DNA from: a virus | IMG/VR virus record: IMGVR_UViG_3300020576_003846 | Location: 1-29,912 of that record | DNA length: 29,912 bases | Direction: 5' to 3' (one strand) | Shown here: in pieces, positions 25,100-29,912 of the stretch | Position numbering within the stretch: position 1 is the stretch's first letter | Layout of the letters: the number at the start of each line of letters is the position of its first letter | The notes under the pieces: generated by a model | The model's database searches: none | What the model was told of the DNA's origin: nothing | What the model saw: only the letters and a program-made list of their open reading frames with translations | Made by a program: the position numbers and the translations under genes

Positions 25100-25634
25100 C
25101 GGCGCTCATGACTTCTTCGATATCCTGCTGATCCCAAAACAAATTAGTCCCGTCCTCAGCGTCGTCCAATGTGTCAAATTGCTCACGTTGAGCGTCGGTG
25201 AGTTTCGTCGTGTCAGCTATAACCCTAACAATAGTTATAGCATCAGCAAGTACCGCAAGGTCATTACGTGGCAACTCCAACACCGGGTTATTAACTGCCT
25301 TGATGATTGCGGGGAACGCGCTTTGCATCGTGCCGATAAAATTTTTATTTACCATATCGGCAACCTGTGCTTCCTCCATGTTAGGGCTGCTCTGCCGTAT
25401 GCGCGCTGCCTCTTCGGCAGCCCACTTAGGATTAGGCGTGCCATTGTGCAGCATGACGGTGAGCGCCTCCGGATGCGCTTCCAAAGCCTTAACGAAAGCC
25501 GTATTCGCCGATGCCGCAGAGATGGATTGCAAGGGTGATTCACAACGCCGCAACACAGAGCGTGTAACGGTTTGGCGCAGCGGAACATCGATAGTAATGT
25601 TGTCGTTAAAGGTAAGTTTAATTGTTTTTTTCAT
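25059..25634 (-). CDS. Tail assembly chaperone (G-like) by synteny
   Basis: A 191-aa acidic helical protein encoded between the major tail protein gene and the tape measure gene. Confidence 0.5.
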   Translation of the reverse strand: MKKTIKLTFNDNITIDVPLRQTVTRSVLRRCESPLQSISAASANTAFVKALEAHPEALTVMLHNGTPNPKWAAEEAARIRQSSPNMEEAQVADMVNKNFIGTMQSAFPAIIKAVNNPVLELPRNDLAVLADAITIVRVIADTTKLTDAQREQFDTLDDAEDGTNLFWDQQDIEEVMSAVESFRTLLLQRSK

Positions 25635-25656
25635 ACGTTTATTTAGGTTAAAGATA

Positions 25657-25676
25657 GGGCGGGTTGCAGCCCGCCC
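25657..25676 (-). terminator. GC-rich hairpin after the major tail protein gene (attenuator or partial terminator candidate)
   Basis: GGGCGGG (25657..25663), a 6-nt loop, then CCCGCCC (25670..25676). On the minus-strand transcript it is followed by UAUCUUUAA, a weak U tract. It lies between the tail-protein stop (25687) and the next ATG (25634). Confidence 0.35.
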
Positions 25677-25686
25677 ATAAAAAAAA

Positions 25687-26256
25687 TTACATGAAGGCTA
25701 CACGGCCATACGGGAATCCCGACGTAAGCGATAGGGGCGCCGGTGTGGTTGCCACAGCACTGAAGTATGACGAACCAATCGTTAACGAGCCACCGAGTTT
25801 AAACGAAGTGAAAGCCAATGAAACACGGTTCCATTTTTCCCCTTCTTGCTTGTACGACCCGCTTTGCCCATCAAGCCTAACGCCGGCAGCGAAGACCTTA
25901 CGAGCCTGCCCCACAGTACCACCAATCAAGCCACCACCTGCGATAATAAGTTGCGTTGCATTAGTGGATGTTGCAGCCTCTTCCTTTGTGCCATCTTCAA
26001 ACGTGACAGCCTCGCGCCCAGAGGACACAGCGTTATTCATGTAGGTTTCCAGATAGGTGTTAAGTGCCGCATCATCCTTAACGCCATCTACGGTAATCTT
26101 ATACTCATTCGATTCTTGTCGCTGCACGTCAACGCTAACGATTTCGCCGTTGTAATCATATATTGGCGATGCCCCAATTGTTGGCGACCCCCCGTCGGTC
26201 AGCGAGAACATTTGTGTTCTGTTCCCGCCACCAAGCACTCTATTCGTTGTTGCCAT
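25687..26256 (-). CDS. Major tail (tube) protein by synteny
   Basis: A 189-aa beta-type protein directly upstream of the chaperone pair and tape measure, followed by a stable hairpin. Confidence 0.6.
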   Translation of the reverse strand: MATTNRVLGGGNRTQMFSLTDGGSPTIGASPIYDYNGEIVSVDVQRQESNEYKITVDGVKDDAALNTYLETYMNNAVSSGREAVTFEDGTKEEAATSTNATQLIIAGGGLIGGTVGQARKVFAAGVRLDGQSGSYKQEGEKWNRVSLAFTSFKLGGSLTIGSSYFSAVATTPAPLSLTSGFPYGRVAFM

Positions 26257-27007
26257 TATTACGATCCTTGTCTAAAAGTGAAAGAAAGTTATTTGAATCC
26301 CTTGCAAGAAGTTGCGTAAAAAATCCAATATTGTCGGCATCAATATCAACGATTTTTACAAAGGTCTTTGCAAGTAGATATACATTCCGTTGCAATTTTG
26401 CGCGTAACCGCGCTGGGTCAACGGTGTACCCGCTGTGTAGTATCTGCACCGAGCAGTCGGCAGTGTTGTATCCTGCTCTTTGCACTGAATAAATTATTTG
26501 TTCATGGCAGTCACCCACATAGTATAATTCGCTAAGGTTGCGGTAAAGACGTACCGCGCTTTCATTGTAGCGCGTGACTGTGTCAGGCTCTTCAATATTG
26601 CGCATGCATCCGGCAATACCCACGAAGAGGCCCGCTATACCTTGCGGGTATTTATCTAAATTTTTATCAAACCAATCGCGTGAAGCATCGGCAAGCCTCT
26701 CGTCCATATCCATCGCCAGCACCCAGCTACGGGTCGCATATTGCCCCGCAAGGTTGCGAAGCTCCGCAAACGATTTGTATGGTTCGGTGTATTGCATCTC
26801 ATAGGCTGTATACACAACGTTATTATGTATCACCATTTCTTTGACCAACGCAGGGTCTGTACATGTTTCGCCGCGCTTGTTAAAAAGGATGACAACTTCG
26901 CACCCGTCCGGCACATTGGCAAGGAACTCATCAAGTAGGGGCATATCTTCATAACTTGCAATTGCAACTACTGATAAATTTATGTATGGTTTAGCTTCGG
27001 TTGCCAT
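26240..27007 (-). CDS. Glycosyltransferase family 2-like (GT-A fold) protein
   Basis: LSVVAIASYEDMPLLDEFL...CEVVILFN (first beta-alpha-beta), FAELRNLAGQYATRSWVLAMDMDERL (DxD-type motif) and VRLYRNLSELYYVGDCHEQI resemble soluble GT2 enzymes. I saw no TM segment. It overlaps the major tail gene by 17 nt. Confidence 0.6.
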   Translation of the reverse strand: MATEAKPYINLSVVAIASYEDMPLLDEFLANVPDGCEVVILFNKRGETCTDPALVKEMVIHNNVVYTAYEMQYTEPYKSFAELRNLAGQYATRSWVLAMDMDERLADASRDWFDKNLDKYPQGIAGLFVGIAGCMRNIEEPDTVTRYNESAVRLYRNLSELYYVGDCHEQIIYSVQRAGYNTADCSVQILHSGYTVDPARLRAKLQRNVYLLAKTFVKIVDIDADNIGFFTQLLARDSNNFLSLLDKDRNNGNNE

Positions 27008-27009
27008 AG

Positions 27010-27246
27010 TTACATGATTGTTGTTTTCGGTTCGTTACCAACGTACATGACAACGGTTGATTTGTTATCGTGGGTAAAAACACCCTCAACAAAACTAACA
27101 GGTGGCTTTAGCAGTTCAACCGCGCTAAGGCTTGTGACCCCTCGCGGCATAGTGTCTTTCCAGATATCCGTATCAACTAGTAGGTCAACATCACCGAGCC
27201 ACCTCTTTAATTGTTGCAGGTGATATATTGCTTCTGATAATTTCAT
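27010..27246 (-). CDS. Hypothetical protein
   Basis: A 78-aa ORF coupled by a 4-nt overlap to the upstream gene. No motif recognised. Confidence 0.4.
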   Translation of the reverse strand: MKLSEAIYHLQQLKRWLGDVDLLVDTDIWKDTMPRGVTSLSAVELLKPPVSFVEGVFTHDNKSTVVMYVGNEPKTTIM

Positions 27247-27707
27247 TTGTAATTAACAATATATTTAATTAGAAACTCATTCATGACTTTGTAGGTGCTG
27301 CCGCCATCATCAACAAAACCTGTATTACGCAGGGGCGCAATAGACGTCACGGCAACATCCGCCGTTACCGAGCTATCACCGACAGGTAACGATTGCGCCA
27401 AAGAGTACATGACGCGCGTTACGTCTTCGACAACACCTCCGTAAAGTTTTATAGCATCGCCCTTTGCGTGTATGCCCGTTGCAAATGAACAGAAAACACC
27501 AACGACCATTTGTTGCCTCTGCCAATCAACGAAGCCCCTTTCATTATCCGCATTAGAATACTGATTGTCAATAATATTCGTATAAACCAAAACACGGTTA
27601 GGGGCAGCCTTTGCCTTGTCGTTATACTGCTCGACAACGTCAAACCGCGAAACAGCAGTAAGGGCGGAATTAACTAACTCTACAATATAATGTTCTTTAT
27701 TTATCAT
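27243..27707 (-). CDS. Tail terminator/tail completion protein by synteny
   Basis: A 154-aa ORF between the HK97 gp10-like gene and the tail tube region, joined to its upstream neighbour by a 4-nt overlap. Confidence 0.4.
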   Translation of the reverse strand: MINKEHYIVELVNSALTAVSRFDVVEQYNDKAKAAPNRVLVYTNIIDNQYSNADNERGFVDWQRQQMVVGVFCSFATGIHAKGDAIKLYGGVVEDVTRVMYSLAQSLPVGDSSVTADVAVTSIAPLRNTGFVDDGGSTYKVMNEFLIKYIVNYK

Positions 27708-28183
27708 GCAATAGCCCCTAATCTACGCACCACCCTATCTGCCAAATCGTTTAGTTCTTCGTCCGCAAACTCTGCCATCGCAGGAGCCACGTACGGCCTT
27801 GCAGGCATCGTAAAACGTGCATTTGCGCGTCCCGTAGTGCCGCCGTACTCATGAATATTTGCGTAAGGAATAAGGTCTGTGTTAATTGCATAAGTTAGTA
27901 CTACTTCCTGCCCATTAGTCTTCACCTTAGATAGGTTTGCGCGGTTGCGCGCTGACGTGGCTGCATCGTACAAAGTTTTAGTATTGGTGTACAGTTGATT
28001 GGTTGCATTCCTTACGTACGGCCTATCATAACGCCCCGTGTCCATATTGAATTTAGGATGCTCACCAATGTTCATGTGGTCGGCAATGTAAACAAAAAGA
28101 GTTTCCAACATAAGTTGCAGCTCGCCGGTAACGATTGCAGGGAGCCTCTCTAATAGTGCGGCAGTATACTCACGTGGTGTCAT
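27704..28183 (-). CDS. HK97 gp10-family neck/tail-completion protein
   Basis: YANIHEYGGTTGRANARFTMPARPYVAPAM matches the vE.GT....A.PF..PA signature of the HK97 gp10 family. Confidence 0.7.
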   Translation of the reverse strand: MTPREYTAALLERLPAIVTGELQLMLETLFVYIADHMNIGEHPKFNMDTGRYDRPYVRNATNQLYTNTKTLYDAATSARNRANLSKVKTNGQEVVLTYAINTDLIPYANIHEYGGTTGRANARFTMPARPYVAPAMAEFADEELNDLADRVVRRLGAIA

Positions 28184-28185
28184 GG

Positions 28186-28761
28186 TTATGTTACCCTTTT
28201 ATATGGTTTCAACCTATGCCGCCAGCTGTGTTCCATGTCTTTATATTTAATGTTCATGCTTACGCCCCCCTCGTTGTTTACGACGGACTCAACACCAAGC
28301 CTTGCATCTGCTGCGTGGCCTGCCTCCAAAAACATGACCGCCACCATCTCGCCGCAAACGTGTTGCAGGTCAGCAGGCACAGGGAACAGCGAACCGTCGT
28401 AGCCAATGGACAACTCGGCAGTAACATAAACATATTTGCCGAAACCTTCTTCACGATACAACGTAAATAAGTTTTCATTGCGCGAAATTAAGCTAACATC
28501 GGTAAGCGTGACAGGGGAGCCTCCGGCAGTTTCGAGGGCCGTAACAGTGCCTAAGACAACGGGTACAGTAAATTGCAAATCGTAATATCGCGTAGCTTCG
28601 ACGAATGTAATTTCAACCGTAGAGCCGTCAACAGGCTGATTACAAATAGAGGCTATGCGCCCCGTAGCTACGGGAATCAATGCCGACAGTACCGCATCAT
28701 ACGCGGTCGTATCTATCTTTAGATTGTTGGCTTTGACCTGTGCGGTCGTGCAAAGTGCCAT
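28186..28761 (-). CDS. Head-tail connector (gp6-like) protein, longer than usual
   Basis: The N-terminus TAQVKANNLKIDTTAYDAVLSALIPVATGRIASICNQPV resembles gp6-like connector proteins. At 191 aa versus the usual ~100, it may carry a fused head-closure domain. Confidence 0.55.
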   Translation of the reverse strand: MALCTTAQVKANNLKIDTTAYDAVLSALIPVATGRIASICNQPVDGSTVEITFVEATRYYDLQFTVPVVLGTVTALETAGGSPVTLTDVSLISRNENLFTLYREEGFGKYVYVTAELSIGYDGSLFPVPADLQHVCGEMVAVMFLEAGHAADARLGVESVVNNEGGVSMNIKYKDMEHSWRHRLKPYKRVT

Positions 28762-28964
28762 TACTTTTTACGCCTGTAATGTTTGCAATAATTATAAATT
28801 TTTAGAAGCCACATTAACAACGCTGCCGAAGAGGCTAAGATAGCCACGATAGCAGCCACCTCTTGCAGGACTAGGGTGGTGTGTACATGGGCTGCTACGG
28901 CACTGCCAGCACCAAGGCCAGTTAACACGTGCGCAATGAGCGAATCGGTCGTATGCCCCGTCAC
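28761..28964 (-). CDS. Small two-TM membrane protein with a basic C-terminus (holin/antiholin-like or other membrane effector)
   Basis: At 67 aa, it has hydrophobic segments LIAHVLTGLGAGSAVAAHV and VAAIVAILASSAALLMWLL and the tail KHYRRKK. The GTG start overlaps the upstream stop (GTGA), and its TAA shares a base with the next ATG. Confidence 0.5.
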   Translation of the reverse strand: MTGHTTDSLIAHVLTGLGAGSAVAAHVHTTLVLQEVAAIVAILASSAALLMWLLKIYNYCKHYRRKK

Positions 28965-29245
28965 GGCAGCACCTTGCCGTTTGCGCCTTCAATAGCTGTC
29001 TTCAGTGCAGACAGTAGCACCGTTGTCAGCGTGTCCGCTTGGCCGCCGGGAAGCTTAACCGTTATATTATCTTTCTCGATTACCGTATTGTCACTTGCGA
29101 TGATATTGTAATTTAGTATAACGTTATGCGCTTTGCCAACGTCATTGAAATCAACTATCACCCTACTACCAACAAGGCTAACGCCATCCTTAGCAGGTGG
29201 TGCGACTTTTGCAGCAGGGAACGAAACTTGGAGTTTTTCAACCAT
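28961..29245 (-). CDS. Hypothetical protein downstream of the tail fibre gene (possible fibre accessory or chaperone)
   Basis: A 94-aa ORF with an ATG start at 29245. The call rests on position only. Confidence 0.35.
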   Translation of the reverse strand: MVEKLQVSFPAAKVAPPAKDGVSLVGSRVIVDFNDVGKAHNVILNYNIIASDNTVIEKDNITVKLPGGQADTLTTVLLSALKTAIEGANGKVLP

Positions 29246-29264
29246 GGTTTTTTCTCTAAAAAAG

Positions 29265-29912
29265 TTAGTAAACTAAATCAGTAAAGTGAATATCTGCAAG
29301 CCAACGCATGGACGTTGCGGCAAGGCCGGTACAGGTAATGATAAGGCCCGCCGCCGCTGATGTTGCGGCAGCCATACTAACAGCAATTGTTCCGGTAGTG
29401 CGGTGTACTACTGTGACATTGCTAACATCTAGAACACCTGTGTTAACTGTTGCGCCGTAGCGTAAGACACCATCAACTGCGAAGACTGCGGATTCGTTAG
29501 TTGCGGAATTACTACGGCACACGACGTAACCACGGAAAGGAATTGTACTTGTTAGCTGACACTCAAGGGTTGCCATAGCAAGGGGAGTGGCGTTAGCCGT
29601 CGTTGCAAATTTCTGCGACTGCCGCGACTGCGCTACCCCGGTGCCGCCACCGCCATCATAGCCGACGACGAAATCGGATGAATTCAAGGCTTTTCCATAC
29701 CCCCCCCCCACCGTCGCGTAACCCCGTGCGTTTGTGGTGTTACTTGCCCCGCCTATCACTGCTGAATACTGCCCGCTTGCGGTATTACTTGCCCCGCCTA
29801 TCACTGCTGAATACTGCCCGCTTGCGGTGTTGCTCGCCCCGCCGCCGATGGCTGCGTAATACGCGCTTGCGGTGTTGCTCGACCCGCCGCTAATGGTAGA
29901 GGCTTGCCCGCT
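29265..29912 (-). CDS. Tail fibre protein, 3' part (repeat region plus a C-terminal ~165-aa globular domain)
   Basis: The frame is open from the right edge: SGQASTISGGSSNTASAYYAAIGGGASNTASGQYSAVIGGASNTASGQYSAVIGGASNTTNARGYATVGGGYGKAL...DLVY, with the stop at 29265. The track's GTG start at 29804 is internal. The frame phase matches the 1..721 part when 1-37 is overlaid on 29876-29912, giving 1332 nt or 443 aa in total. Confidence 0.75.
   Translation of the reverse strand, partial: SGQASTISGGSSNTASAYYAAIGGGASNTASGQYSAVIGGASNTASGQYSAVIGGASNTTNARGYATVGGGYGKALNSSDFVVGYDGGGGTGVAQSRQSQKFATTANATPLAMATLECQLTSTIPFRGYVVCRSNSATNESAVFAVDGVLRYGATVNTGVLDVSNVTVVHRTTGTIAVSMAAATSAAAGLIITCTGLAATSMRWLADIHFTDLVY
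29741..29912. repeat. Tandem 45-bp coding repeats of the tail-fibre gene (three full units plus the 37-nt unit shared with the window start)
   Basis: 29741-29785 and 29786-29830 differ at one base. 29831-29875 is diverged. 29876-29912 is identical to 1-37. Confidence 0.9.

Noticed and set aside
1-29912. Lysogeny module (integrase, CI/Cro-type repressors, excisionase) or attachment-site repeats that would mark this as a prophage
   Set aside because: No ORF shows tyrosine- or serine-recombinase or HTH-repressor motifs that I can recognise. The terminal 37-nt identity lies inside a coding repeat and closes an ORF, which fits genome circularity rather than attL/attR. A temperate lifestyle cannot be excluded from sequence alone.

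Overview
This window reads as an essentially complete ~29.9-kb genome of a tailed dsDNA phage, either circularly closed or terminally redundant. It has HK97-type head genes and a long non-contractile-tail gene set (siphovirus-like). The first 37 nt equal the last 37 nt, and a tail-fibre gene leaves the window at position 1 and resumes in frame at the right edge, giving a 29,875-bp unit.

Two divergent transcription units leave a 522-bp AT-rich control region (8670-9191):
- Leftward late unit (minus strand, wraps the junction, ends at 17605): terS, a compositionally foreign orphan gene, terL, a portal::MuF fusion, prohead protease, major capsid protein, a 155-aa protein, holin, CHAP-type endolysin, a spanin-like membrane protein, the tail fibre, neck genes, a GT2-like glycosyltransferase, major tail protein, two chaperone ORFs, a 1208-aa tape measure and distal tail genes.
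- Rightward early unit (plus strand, 9192-17602): two small orphans, two tandem paralogous solenoid-repeat genes, YqaJ-type exonuclease, RecT, VRR-NUC nuclease, an SSB-like protein, an SF2 helicase and a primase-polymerase::D5/P4-type helicase.

I recognised no integrase, repressor, tRNA, rRNA or CRISPR array.

Items most worth follow-up:
1. The tandem 28-aa-repeat early genes, whose variation is confined to a few repeat positions.
2. A G10 homopolymer inside the tail-fibre gene that would switch off its C-terminal domain.
3. A glycosyltransferase translationally coupled to the major tail protein.
4. A CpG-depleted gene wedged between terS and terL.
5. A 335-nt two-frame overlap of RecT and VRR-NUC.
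6. A lysis cassette plus fibre gene embedded between the head and neck modules.

All family assignments come from reading motifs by eye, not from database searches.
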